IMG/VR virus record: IMGVR_UViG_3300037479_000143 | Coordinates: 1 to 43,133 of that record | DNA length: 43,133 bases | Strand: one strand, 5' to 3' | Source: a virus | Taxonomy: Duplodnaviria; Caudoviricetes | Shown: positions 16,243-26,198 of the stretch, piece after piece | Layout of the letters: each line of letters begins with the position of its first letter | Position numbering within the stretch: the stretch's first letter is position 1 | The notes under the pieces: model-generated | Told to the model about the DNA's origin: nothing | Databases searched by the model: none | The model's input: only the letters and a program-made list of their open reading frames with translations | Translations under genes and position numbers: made by a program

Positions 16243-16743
16243 ATGAATTCCCCACGGCCTCGGCGCGGCGAAAGCACCCGCCAGTTCCTCCGGCGCATCA
16301 ACCAGTATCCGCCTTGGCTGAATCGGTTCACGGCTACCGCCGCGTGCGGCGCGTTCGCGGCGGTAGCCGGATGGGTCGCGCTCCAGGACTGGCAATTCGT
16401 TTTGGGGTGCGGCGGAGCGGGCGCTTGCCTCCTCTGGTGGTATCATCTCAAAACGCGCCGTCTTCTCTACCTAGCCGTTGCCCTCAGCACGGCGGGCTGT
16501 GTCAAACAATCTGCGCCCGTCCAGAGCCAGGTGGAAAGCGATGTCGAACTGGATCGTATTGGCCGGTATCAGCTCGTGGATCGCAAAGACGGCCCCATCC
16601 TGTTGGACAGCGCGACGGGCAAGATGTGGATCTTTCGCCCCAGCGCAGAGGATGTGCGGGGCGGCTTCTGGATTGTAATGCCGGATGTCGTCGCCAGTGC
16701 TCGCGCTCGCTCCACCAACACCGCACCGTTGGCCGCGCGGTGA
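16243..16743 (+). CDS. Membrane protein / lipoprotein moron (superinfection-exclusion candidate)
   Basis: Two hydrophobic segments, then an internal lipoprotein-like signal KTRRLLYLAVALSTAG-C; C-terminal GRYQL...LLDSATGKMW. Opposite strand to the lytic genes, next to att. Confidence 0.75.
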   Translation: MNSPRPRRGESTRQFLRRINQYPPWLNRFTATAACGAFAAVAGWVALQDWQFVLGCGGAGACLLWWYHLKTRRLLYLAVALSTAGCVKQSAPVQSQVESDVELDRIGRYQLVDRKDGPILLDSATGKMWIFRPSAEDVRGGFWIVMPDVVASARARSTNTAPLAAR

Positions 16744-16746
16744 ACG

Positions 16747-16774
16747 CGCGCTTACTTCGCGTAAGCGCGGCTTT
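16747..16774 (+). terminator. Hairpin between convergent genes, probable terminator
   Basis: CGCGCTTAC-TTCGC-GTAAGCGCG 9-bp stem followed by GCTTT. Confidence 0.5.
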
Positions 16775-19700
16775 GGAATTCCAGTTGGCGCCGGAAGAAA
16801 TTCGCGGTGGTCTTGGCTTTCGCCTGTTCAGCCAGCCAGATTTGCTCCTCCAGCTTGCGATAGGTCGTGTTGTGCCAGATGGTCAACACCTCGTAGCGCG
16901 CTGTTTGCTGCGGCGTCCGTCGCGTCACGTCGATGTTTTTCAGCGCGCTCCACTCCAGGGCCAGTGATCGGGCGTTGTCCGGCAGGTCCAACCGATGCCG
17001 GGCACGGGCCTGTTCCTCATCCGTCTCCTTCGCCTGCTGCTGCTCACGGTACCCGTAGTCGCTCGACTTTAACAGGCTCTTGAGACCCGGCACGGCGCTT
17101 AAGGTCAGTTCCGTCGTCGTCTGCGCGCTGGGATTCCACGACACGAAATTGCCCAGGCCGCTCTGGTCGATGGTCCAGCGAAACATCGGCCCCAAGACCG
17201 CCGTGCCGCCCGCCTCGTATTCCGTGCGTGGAATCACGGGCCGCCCGCGAAACACGTCTGGTGGATTGCCGCCCGCCGCCGCGACACCCCAGGCGAGGGG
17301 AATCGTGATCGCGGGATTCATCGTCGGAATTTGTCCGCCTCCAAACTCCAGCAGGTCGCTGAAGTGTTCCGGCGAATCGCCCGCCATCAGTCGCGCCATC
17401 TTGTAGGTCAACCCCGAGAGCAACCGGCTGGACTCATCGCGCGGGACACGGAAGTAATGCGCCCGGCGCCCGAACTCCCCGCCCGTGCTCAGGCCCACCG
17501 GCAGCACGTTGAAGTTTGTCTTGTCGTATTCGCTTGCGCCGCCGAAGAGATCCTTCAGCAAGGCGCCCAGCAGACCCGCACCTGCCAGGGCGCTGAAAAT
17601 GGCGAACCAGCCATCGCTGATCGCCCACTTGAAGAGCCAGCCGCTTTGACTCTTGGGCTTCATCTTCTGCACGTCCGCGCGCCAGCCTTGGATGAACACA
17701 TTGTAAAATGGCCAAATCGCACGGATCACCTGAATATCCGTGCCCCTCTTGCGCACATTGGGTGTGCCGATGTGGTTGCGCACCTCGCGCGCGGCGGCGG
17801 CCGGAGGCAGGTGCATTTGCTTCCGCAGGATTCGATACGCCGCGATCTTCGGCAACGTCTCCTGAAGTTGGCCGTAGAACTCGAAGGCGTGTGCAATGGC
17901 CCGCAGCGGCTTGCCCACCACGCTCGACCAAAAGGCATTCTGTTGCTGCTCCGGCAGCAGATGGAAGCGCCGCATGATGTCCGCGAAGGGATCATCCCGG
18001 TGCATCGACACCAGCGTATCGTACGGCGTGCCCAGCGCGTAGTTGGCCATCATTTCCGTGGCCAATGCGTCGGGCAGGCCGCGCACATGGCTCAATGCGC
18101 TCTTGAACGCATCAAAGTAGGCCCGCGCCAGGGTCAGCCGACTCGTACCCGCCGGCAGGGACTTCCACGACCGCTTGAAATCCCGCATCGGATTGAAGGT
18201 GAGGAACGACGGCGAGTAGGTGATATACGCCCGGTAGAAGCCCTTACGGAAAATCCAGTCCAACACCCGCGTCACCCGCGCCAGGCCCCCCGCGGCGAGC
18301 TGCTCGAAGCTATGGGCAATCAACGGGTCCACGTAGTAATAAGCCCGGCGCCCGTTCTCCAGTATTTCAAGCAATCCCTTGTCCGCCCTGGGCGGCGGGC
18401 GACTCGTGACGCCCGGCGCCAGGAACTTGCCCTTGGCCACTTCAATCTCCCCAGGGAAATGCGTGCGCAACAGATCCCGCGTGGCGTTTTTGCTGCGCTG
18501 GATCGAATTGAGATTGTTCAGCGAAACCGCCTTGAGCACCGTTGCGGTGAATGGGTTGGCCACTTCCTTGAGCGTGCCGATCTGCTGTTTGACGCCCGCC
18601 GGCACATAGTCCTCCAGGTAGTCCAGCACCGCGAACGCCGCATACACGTCTTTATTTGGCTTGATCGTGCTGTTAAAGACGCCCTTGTTGTAGCTGCCGA
18701 CGCGGACGGCCTCTTCGATCACCTCGAAGACCAGCCGATGAAAGGTCTCCACCGCGCGCTCCAGCCGCGTCATGCCAGGCATCCCCAGATCCAGTCGCAT
18801 CTTCAGCAAGCCCAGCCGCGCCGTGGCCGGCGTCGTCCCCAGGGGATTCGCGAACGTGGCCCGGTCCCCAGCCTCGATGCGCCGCAGGAACAGGTAATCG
18901 CCCATCTGGGTCAGGCTCAGCCCCGCCTCTTCGAGGGGTTTGACGACGCCTTCAAACACCCGCCGCACGAAGCGCGCGTTGTCGTTGTCCTGCATGACAC
19001 CCTCTTCGAGGATGTTCCGAGGGTCTTTGGCTGCTGGGAAGCTCGCGCCCGCGGCCTCCGCCTGCCGCGCCTTGACGATGATCGGCTCGTAACGATCAAA
19101 GAGCACCTGCTCCAACTCCAGCCAGTAACCCTTCCACGAACGCCGTCGCTGCTCGCGCTCCGCCACCTTGCGCTTGAGGATTTCATCCCCCTTGAAGAAC
19201 ATCTCCTCACGTTCCTGCTGACGCTGCTCCAGCACCGGCACCTTGCCGGTGCTCAACAATTGCAGGATGGCGAAGAGCGCGCTCTTCACCTCCGGGCGCC
19301 GGTCCAATTGCTCCCAGAACGCCTTGTAAAACGTCGGTGCCCGCGCCTCCAGTTCAGACGGCGCGTTGAACAGCACGCTGAAGGCATCCGCGTAAAGCTC
19401 CTCCGGGCTTTTGCGATACTCCACGTAAGTCTTCGGGTCCGCCGCCTCGTCGAACGGGCGCCACCACCTCGTCACCGCGATCAACTCCGCCCGCAGCTCC
19501 TTGTTGTTCAGTTGCCCCCAGGTATGCCGCAGGAAACCCTGCATCGCCAGCAGATGCCCCAGCAGATTGCCGCGCTTGAGCGTCTGATGTGGCAGGTAAT
19601 CCACCAAATGCCCGATCTCGTGCAACAGCACCTTCGCCGCCTCGCCGGGGTCTTTGAACAGGCGCCGGTCCAGCGTGATCATGCCATCACCGAACTGCCC

Positions 19701-22700
19701 GAGCGTCTGCTTGTTCCCCCGTCGTGGAAACGTTTTCAGCTTGGGCAGGTAGCCAGTCAACTCCCGCACCAGCCGGACTAACTCCGGCATCTCCAGCGGA
19801 TAGACCAGATCCATCCCGCCGTAAGTCACGGTCGGCGGCAGCCGCCCGGGCGCCACCGTCACGCCCGTCACGAATCCGCCACGGGCGGAGGATGGCTGCC
19901 CGCCACCACCGCCCGCCTTCATCGAAGCCGGGCGCCACGGCGCCTGGAGGATCAGCCGCACGCCCTTGGCTTGGAGGAACTCGAAGAGTGGCCCCGCGCG
20001 CTGCGGCGAGATCACCCCGACGAAATTGCCCGCCACCTGCCGCGGTGTGCCCTCGAAGAACCGGCCGAACACGGGATCTCCCCACACCACCTTCGCCGAA
20101 TTGTTCGACGGCACCGCCAGCCGGCCCGCCACCACCTGCACCGGATGCACCGCGCTGATCGGCGTGCTGCGCATCGGCGCCTGCTGCCGGTAAAACGTCA
20201 CGAACTCCTGGGCGCTGCCCACCATCACCTGCCCGGGGACTTCCGCCGGCTGCCAGTTCGGCGGCATCAGGATGCCCGTCGCCAGGCTGCCATCCTCCCG
20301 CGTGTAGATGGCCACGCGCGGGCGCCCCTGGTCCGTGCCCCGGCTCGCGTTGTCCGCATACTCCCAGCCCCGCAGCAGATTGCCCGTGATGATGCGCCGC
20401 GTGGCCTGATTCTCCGCCGTGCTGTTGAACTTCTCCGGCGCCGACTCCTCGTCCACATAATTGAGGAACTGCTGCTCCACACCATCCTTGTAGAGCTTGG
20501 AAATCGGCAGCGTCAGCTTGCCCTTGTAGGTGTTCGTCCGCAGGATGAACTGCTGCCGGCTGGCGCTCGCGTAATCGCTCACCGAATTGCCGCTCAATTT
20601 CAAGTCCACGCCGACGCCGTAGAAGCTGCTCGTGCCATCACCCAGCATGTCCACGCCGAACGTGTCGCCGATCTTGCGGTAAAGCTCCGTCACCGCCACC
20701 CGCACGTTCTGGAACGTCTGCCGGATGCGATCCAGTTGATCCGGCGTCGCGCCGCGCGCCCTGGCCGTCGCCAGCCGCTCCGATTCCGCCACCTTGCTGC
20801 CCTCCAGCCATTGCGACGACGCCTCACGCACCGCCGCGATGTTATCGCGCGACTGCTGAATGGCCTCCTCGTGCGTCGGCGGCGCCTTGGGCGGCTTCAC
20901 CGTCGCCGTCTCCAAGATCACCGGCCCGTTGAACGGAGTGTCCCCGCCGCCCTCCACCACGTTAGTCTGGTCCACCGTGCGCGCCCGCAGATCCTCCGCC
21001 ACCGCCCGCAGCGGGTTCTGGCCGCTCTCGTCCAGTTGCTCGACCTCCGACTTGAACTCCTTGATGATTTCGTTCCAGAGCCGTTGCGCGTCCGCGTTGG
21101 GCAGCAGCACGAAGCGCCCGGTGGCATAGCGCGCGAAACCCTCGAACGCCTCCGCCTCCTCGCTGGTCACGTCCAGTTCCAGCAACGCCGCCAGATCAAC
21201 GTTGGCCTCCATCACGTGGAACACCACCTCATCCCCCACGCTGTTGAACACATCCTCCGCGAAACCCTCCGCCTGCGTCATGCTGCTTTCGCCCTCCGCC
21301 GTGGTGTTCGCGTTCAGACTCGTCATCTTCCCGCGCAACATCGTGGCGAAGCGCCGCTCCGCCGCCAGTGCCGTCGTGAGGATGCGATACTCCGGCTTGC
21401 TGGTCTGCCCGCTGCGCATCACCCGGCCAAGCATCTGCATGAACTCGTTGATGTCCGGCGCCGGCTGGCCCACGATCATCACCCGCTGCCGCTGATCCTT
21501 GAACCGCGGGTCCGTGTGCGCGCTCAACCCGGTGCTGCCGCTGCCGTTGACGATGAGCGCATCCAGCTCGCCATCGTTGTAAGCCTTGAGAATCTTGTTC
21601 CGGTTCAACTTCTCGCGCTTCTGGATCAACACCTCTGCGCCCGTGTCATCCACCTCGCCATCGCGCGCCGTCAACTCGCCCACCTTGTAACCCGCCTGCG
21701 TCAGCCCGCGCTTGATGAAGTCGATGGGTGAAATCGGGAAGCCTGTGAAATCCGTCGCGTCAATCTCCTGCTCAAGCCGGCGGTAGAACTCACCGCCATC
21801 GGGTAGATCCTCCGGCTGCAACTCCACCTCGCGCTTGCCGCCCTCCGCCATTGGGTCACGGACCGTCAACTTGAGCATCTTCACCATCTCGCGCCGCAGG
21901 ATGCCGCTGAAGGAAATGGGCAACCCGAGCGCCCGCAAGTCCGTGATCGGTCCCTCCATCGTGTTGTAAAGCGCGATGAACGGTTTGCGCCCCGCCTGCA
22001 ACTGCGCCACCGCCTCCCGCACGATAGCCTCCGCGCGTAGCGCCAGCAGATATTGATTGGACAAGTTGAACAGCCGCGCGCCGAAGGTGATCGGCTCGAT
22101 CGTCACCGACTGCTCATCCGCCCGCACCTGATTCTCGCCATCCTCCAGCGCCTTGGCCGCGCGGTTGATCAGCTTGGCCAGGCTCATCAAGTCGCGGATG
22201 AAACTCGTGTAAGTGTCCGCCGCCTCGATCTCCCGCGCCGGGTCCGCGCTCGTGGCCTTGAACTGCATCGCCACGCCCGTCCAATCCTGTTGCCGCCGGA
22301 CCAGCTCACCCGACGACGCCAGCATGGACGTGAGCGCCTGCTGCATTGGCACGCCACCCTTCTTCAACGCCTCGGTGAGCTGCTCGTTGTTCAGCCCGCT
22401 CGTCTTCATGCTCGTGCCCAGCGCATACAACCCCAGGTTGTCCGGGCGCTTGGCGAACGTCGCCGACGAGTAGTAAAGCCCCTTGGCGTTTGGCAGCACG
22501 CTGCCGAACTTCACATTCAACTCACTGTCCAGCCCCGCGGCAATGTGCGCTTCATCCAGGATGAACACCGCCTTGGGCGCCAGCGCCCGCAACATCGCCC
22601 AGCGCGGCCCGTCCGGGCGTTCCACGCGCTTGCGCTTGCGCGCGGCCTTCTGCTTGGCCGTCTCCGTGAAGCCCGCCGGCCGATCCGCCTTCAACTGATC

Positions 22701-25700
22701 GTAAGTCGTGAAGATGCCCTCCGCGCCTTCGGGCAGAACGCCCGTGCGCGCCGCGCGCTCCATCAACTCCGTCATCTGCTTGCTCGTGCGGCTGACCTTG
22801 TGCTCGCGCCCGTGGCCGTCCTCGTAATAGCTCTGCGTGTCCGTGATGAACGGCTTGAAATCCTTGTTCCCCAGCGCCGGCAGATCGCGCCCGGCCATGT
22901 CCGCGTAAAGGTTCTTCTTGGCCGTCACGAACACCGGCACCAAATCCCGCAGCCGCGCGTATTCGATGATGGCCGCCACCACGCGCCCCTTGCCCACGCC
23001 GGTCTCGTCGGCGGTAATCAACGCGCTGCCTCGCTCCAGGTTGCGCAACGCCAGCGCCACGGCGTCCACCTGCGCGCCCGCGAGCTGCTTGTGGAGCGTG
23101 GCCACGTCGCGGTCCAGCAACTCCGCCACGTATTCATCCAACGGTTTGCCGACTTCCTTTTCCAACGCCAGCAACGCTTCGCGCATCTGCGTGGCAATGT
23201 TGCGCGGCGCCACCAGATTCAACGACGGCCCCCTGCTCAGCCCCTCATAAGGCACCATCAACGAAGCGGGCAGCCCCTCGACCGGCACTGACGGCTTGGG
23301 CTTGCCGCTTACTCCACCTGATTCAGCCGGGCTTGATCCAGGAGCCACCGGCCCTTGGCCACCCACCCCGGTCGTTCCGGGCTTCCGGGCTTTGGTTCCT
23401 CCGCCAGCCACGCCTCCAGCCGGTTCGGGAGTTCCCGTGCCAATACCTGCGCCGGAATCTCCAGGGACGCCTGAAGGTGGAGCCGGAGTTGGGCTGGGTC
23501 GCTCAGTTGGTGGGGCTGCACTTCCGCCCCCGCCCCCGCCGGGCCGAGCAGGCTGTTGAGGTCGCGCAGCAGGAGGCGGCGGTGTTCCGGGTCGCGCGGG
23601 TCGCTGCCCTCCTGCGCCGCCACCAGCTCCGCCAGGGCGGCCGCCAGAAGGGGCTGCGCCCGTTTCGCCAGGTTGGGTTGGTTGGTCTTGGTCTCGCTCA
23701 TCTTTCGGTAACAGTTCCGCCAGTTGCTCCCACGTCTCGATCACTCGCGGCGGCTTGAGCCACGGACGCACCAGGCCGCCCTCTGCGTGCCCCGGTGTCT
23801 TGCCCTTGCCGTGGACGATAATCACGTCCACCGGCCACGCCGCGCCCATCCTCCGGTAAAGGTCGCCCCCGAGGGTAAACCAGTCAACCACTTTGAAGCG
23901 GTTGAACAGGTCCAGATACACCGGGCGGTGGTAGCTCTGCGCGCGGTCGGCATCCGTACCGAACGTGCCGCCGAACGGCGTGCCCGTCTTCGCCCCGATG
24001 ATGGCAAACGCCTTCCCGGCGGGGACCATCGCCTGAAGCGAGTTGAGCACAATCGCGATGTCGATGCTCCGCGTCGTGTTCGCGTTCACCGAGGCACCGG
24101 CAATGCGGAACTCGCGCGGCTTGCCCTCCGCATCCAGCAGGTTGCCGAACGGTGGATTCATGCCCAGGCGATCCGCCTTCGTCCGCGCCAGTAACTCGTA
24201 GAACTCAGGCGACGTGGCGTCGTAACCCACCGCGCCCCGCTGGCTGCCCTTCTCCTGCACGAACCGCCGCAACCTCAGCCGCCGGTTCGGGTCCAGTTCA
24301 TTGAGCGCGATGCGCCCCTGCTGATTGGCCCCGATGCTCAACATGCCGTGGCCCGCCGTGGGGTCCACGAACACCGAGCCACCCGGCACATCCGCCAGGA
24401 TGCTCGCGACCCAGGCCAGCGGCGGAGGCGTCGAATACTGTTGGGCCAGCTTGCTTTCCACCGTGCGCTCGGCACTGCCCGGCATCCGATCATAGAGGCT
24501 TAACAGCGCCCAATACTTTTCCCGAGGCGACATGGAAGCATCCTGCGCGATGTCCCTTGCAGCCTCCGTGGCGCCCAGCTCGCCCCACTCTTCTGCCTCA
24601 CGCGGCGTCAAGCCCAGGTTCGTGCCACGACCCACCACTATGTCACGCGACACCCGAAGCCCTCCGCGCAGGAGGTCCGCCACGTAATCGGCAATCTGGT
24701 TGCCCGGATGCGCCAGCGGCGGAATGGACGGACGGTCCGGTGGAATGGACGGACCTTCCGTCCGTCCAGCGTCCGGTGGAATGGACGGACCTTCTGTCCG
24801 TCCAGCGTCCGGTGGAATGGACGGCGGTGGAATGGACGGCGGTGGAATGGACGGACCTTCCGTCCGTCCAGCGTCCGGCGGAATGGACGGACGGATAGGC
24901 ACCACTGGCGGCAGCGGACTGGCTGGCGTCGGAGCCGCCGGCAGAGCCGGCGGACGTGGCACCACTGCCGGAGGTGCCGCCGGCGTCACATTGCGCGTCC
25001 CCGCCGGTGCAGGCTCCAGCGGCGGTTCAATCCGCACATTCAGGAACGGTTCACCCCGCTCCGCCTTCGCGGCCAGCTCTTCCATCGTGCGCGAACGCCC
25101 GCGGGTCACCTCGCCAGCTCCCATGATGCTCAAGGCCAGGTTGCCGAGCACTGCATCCTCCAGGGCTTGCCCCGGATTGTCCGATTGCAAGATGCCCGGC
25201 GTCTGGAGAGCCAGCAGGTAGGCATTGTTGGCGAGCTGCCCGCCGCCCACTTCCAGCGCCCGTTGCACCGCCTCCTTCTGGAGCTGTGGATAATGGGCTG
25301 CAATCTTCGCCGCCGCCTCACCCGGTTGGGTGAGCACAATCGGCTTGGCCAGGGCCTTCTGGATGGCGCTGGCCGCGAGCTGCCGCCCTAACCTGTCCAC
25401 GAATGGCAGCCCGGTAGCCGCCAGCACGCCGATGGGGTCAATCTCTCCCTGCTCATCGAACGCCATCGCGCCCAGGTTCGCCACCGGCGCCGAAGCCCCC
25501 ACTCCACCCAGGGCCGCCGCCACACCCATGCGCGGCAGCGCCTGCGCGATGCCCTGCGTCACCTTGCCCGGGATCCGCGCCCAACCCGGCATCTGCTGAA
25601 GCTCGCTTGTGATGGGCAACGGCTGCTCTGGCTCGTTGGCAAAGGCCCGCAAGTTCGGCAACAACTCCTCTCCGGCATCGCTCTCGGGCCGGGCCAGCAC

Positions 25701-26195
25701 GTCCACAATGTCACCCGCCACCGCGCCCATGACCCTGCCTCCGCGCGCCAGCGGCGGCCCCGCGATGTTACCCACCAGTCGGATTGGGTCCGGCAACTCC
25801 GAGATCGGCTCGATGCCGATTTGCTTGAGACCCTCCACGTATTCCAGCTTCGCCCTGGCCAGCCGCGCCGGGTCGTCGCCCGCCATCCCTCGATGCGCGT
25901 CATACACCTCGCGCAACTGAGCGGCCTGTTCCTTCACCTTGGTTTGATACTCCTCCAGTGTGGCGCCCGGCGGCTTGAAGGCATCAGCTTGAGCCGGATC
26001 CCACCGTGGCCGCGGCAGCCCGCCCCCGACGTAAGGCTGCCCCAGACTGGAGGACCCGGCATACTTCTTCGCGAATTCCGGGTCCCGGATGAACTCCGGG
26101 TAAGTCTCGCCGATGAAACGGGTCAGCTCGGCATCAGGCACCTTTCGCAGCCGTTCATCCCGCTGGCGGACAAACTCCAAAACATCCTTGGGCAT
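16752..26195 (-). CDS. Giant DarB-like polyvalent virion/ejection protein (N6-MTase + strawberry-notch SF2 helicase + zincin peptidase + large C-terminal domain)
   Basis: MTase: QQYSTPPPLA, VDPTAGHGML, MNPPFG. Helicase: DETGVGKGR, TTYDQL, LDEAH, SSATFAKRPDN, STGLSAH, QMLGRVMRSGQ. Peptidase: LLHEIGH. Last gene of the ejection-protein block. Confidence 0.88.
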   Translation of the reverse strand: MPKDVLEFVRQRDERLRKVPDAELTRFIGETYPEFIRDPEFAKKYAGSSSLGQPYVGGGLPRPRWDPAQADAFKPPGATLEEYQTKVKEQAAQLREVYDAHRGMAGDDPARLARAKLEYVEGLKQIGIEPISELPDPIRLVGNIAGPPLARGGRVMGAVAGDIVDVLARPESDAGEELLPNLRAFANEPEQPLPITSELQQMPGWARIPGKVTQGIAQALPRMGVAAALGGVGASAPVANLGAMAFDEQGEIDPIGVLAATGLPFVDRLGRQLAASAIQKALAKPIVLTQPGEAAAKIAAHYPQLQKEAVQRALEVGGGQLANNAYLLALQTPGILQSDNPGQALEDAVLGNLALSIMGAGEVTRGRSRTMEELAAKAERGEPFLNVRIEPPLEPAPAGTRNVTPAAPPAVVPRPPALPAAPTPASPLPPVVPIRPSIPPDAGRTEGPSIPPPSIPPPSIPPDAGRTEGPSIPPDAGRTEGPSIPPDRPSIPPLAHPGNQIADYVADLLRGGLRVSRDIVVGRGTNLGLTPREAEEWGELGATEAARDIAQDASMSPREKYWALLSLYDRMPGSAERTVESKLAQQYSTPPPLAWVASILADVPGGSVFVDPTAGHGMLSIGANQQGRIALNELDPNRRLRLRRFVQEKGSQRGAVGYDATSPEFYELLARTKADRLGMNPPFGNLLDAEGKPREFRIAGASVNANTTRSIDIAIVLNSLQAMVPAGKAFAIIGAKTGTPFGGTFGTDADRAQSYHRPVYLDLFNRFKVVDWFTLGGDLYRRMGAAWPVDVIIVHGKGKTPGHAEGGLVRPWLKPPRVIETWEQLAELLPKDERDQDQPTQPGETGAAPSGGRPGGAGGGAGGQRPARPGTPPPPAARPQQPARPGGGGGGSAAPPTERPSPTPAPPSGVPGDSGAGIGTGTPEPAGGVAGGGTKARKPGTTGVGGQGPVAPGSSPAESGGVSGKPKPSVPVEGLPASLMVPYEGLSRGPSLNLVAPRNIATQMREALLALEKEVGKPLDEYVAELLDRDVATLHKQLAGAQVDAVALALRNLERGSALITADETGVGKGRVVAAIIEYARLRDLVPVFVTAKKNLYADMAGRDLPALGNKDFKPFITDTQSYYEDGHGREHKVSRTSKQMTELMERAARTGVLPEGAEGIFTTYDQLKADRPAGFTETAKQKAARKRKRVERPDGPRWAMLRALAPKAVFILDEAHIAAGLDSELNVKFGSVLPNAKGLYYSSATFAKRPDNLGLYALGTSMKTSGLNNEQLTEALKKGGVPMQQALTSMLASSGELVRRQQDWTGVAMQFKATSADPAREIEAADTYTSFIRDLMSLAKLINRAAKALEDGENQVRADEQSVTIEPITFGARLFNLSNQYLLALRAEAIVREAVAQLQAGRKPFIALYNTMEGPITDLRALGLPISFSGILRREMVKMLKLTVRDPMAEGGKREVELQPEDLPDGGEFYRRLEQEIDATDFTGFPISPIDFIKRGLTQAGYKVGELTARDGEVDDTGAEVLIQKREKLNRNKILKAYNDGELDALIVNGSGSTGLSAHTDPRFKDQRQRVMIVGQPAPDINEFMQMLGRVMRSGQTSKPEYRILTTALAAERRFATMLRGKMTSLNANTTAEGESSMTQAEGFAEDVFNSVGDEVVFHVMEANVDLAALLELDVTSEEAEAFEGFARYATGRFVLLPNADAQRLWNEIIKEFKSEVEQLDESGQNPLRAVAEDLRARTVDQTNVVEGGGDTPFNGPVILETATVKPPKAPPTHEEAIQQSRDNIAAVREASSQWLEGSKVAESERLATARARGATPDQLDRIRQTFQNVRVAVTELYRKIGDTFGVDMLGDGTSSFYGVGVDLKLSGNSVSDYASASRQQFILRTNTYKGKLTLPISKLYKDGVEQQFLNYVDEESAPEKFNSTAENQATRRIITGNLLRGWEYADNASRGTDQGRPRVAIYTREDGSLATGILMPPNWQPAEVPGQVMVGSAQEFVTFYRQQAPMRSTPISAVHPVQVVAGRLAVPSNNSAKVVWGDPVFGRFFEGTPRQVAGNFVGVISPQRAGPLFEFLQAKGVRLILQAPWRPASMKAGGGGGQPSSARGGFVTGVTVAPGRLPPTVTYGGMDLVYPLEMPELVRLVRELTGYLPKLKTFPRRGNKQTLGQFGDGMITLDRRLFKDPGEAAKVLLHEIGHLVDYLPHQTLKRGNLLGHLLAMQGFLRHTWGQLNNKELRAELIAVTRWWRPFDEAADPKTYVEYRKSPEELYADAFSVLFNAPSELEARAPTFYKAFWEQLDRRPEVKSALFAILQLLSTGKVPVLEQRQQEREEMFFKGDEILKRKVAEREQRRRSWKGYWLELEQVLFDRYEPIIVKARQAEAAGASFPAAKDPRNILEEGVMQDNDNARFVRRVFEGVVKPLEEAGLSLTQMGDYLFLRRIEAGDRATFANPLGTTPATARLGLLKMRLDLGMPGMTRLERAVETFHRLVFEVIEEAVRVGSYNKGVFNSTIKPNKDVYAAFAVLDYLEDYVPAGVKQQIGTLKEVANPFTATVLKAVSLNNLNSIQRSKNATRDLLRTHFPGEIEVAKGKFLAPGVTSRPPPRADKGLLEILENGRRAYYYVDPLIAHSFEQLAAGGLARVTRVLDWIFRKGFYRAYITYSPSFLTFNPMRDFKRSWKSLPAGTSRLTLARAYFDAFKSALSHVRGLPDALATEMMANYALGTPYDTLVSMHRDDPFADIMRRFHLLPEQQQNAFWSSVVGKPLRAIAHAFEFYGQLQETLPKIAAYRILRKQMHLPPAAAAREVRNHIGTPNVRKRGTDIQVIRAIWPFYNVFIQGWRADVQKMKPKSQSGWLFKWAISDGWFAIFSALAGAGLLGALLKDLFGGASEYDKTNFNVLPVGLSTGGEFGRRAHYFRVPRDESSRLLSGLTYKMARLMAGDSPEHFSDLLEFGGGQIPTMNPAITIPLAWGVAAAGGNPPDVFRGRPVIPRTEYEAGGTAVLGPMFRWTIDQSGLGNFVSWNPSAQTTTELTLSAVPGLKSLLKSSDYGYREQQQAKETDEEQARARHRLDLPDNARSLALEWSALKNIDVTRRTPQQTARYEVLTIWHNTTYRKLEEQIWLAEQAKAKTTANFFRRQLEFQSRAYAK
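24721..24895. repeat. Intragenic minisatellite, 7 x GGAATGGACGG (encodes PSIPP / DAGRTEG repeats)
   Basis: Copies at 24721, 24742, 24778, 24814, 24829, 24844 and 24880; three 36-bp units contain TGGACGGA-N7-TCCGTCCA inverted repeats. Confidence 0.9.
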
Positions 26196-26198
26196 AGC

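Noticed and set aside
24721-24895. CRISPR-like array
   Set aside because: The 11-bp repeats are in frame inside a gene, with repeated rather than unique spacers, and there are no cas genes.
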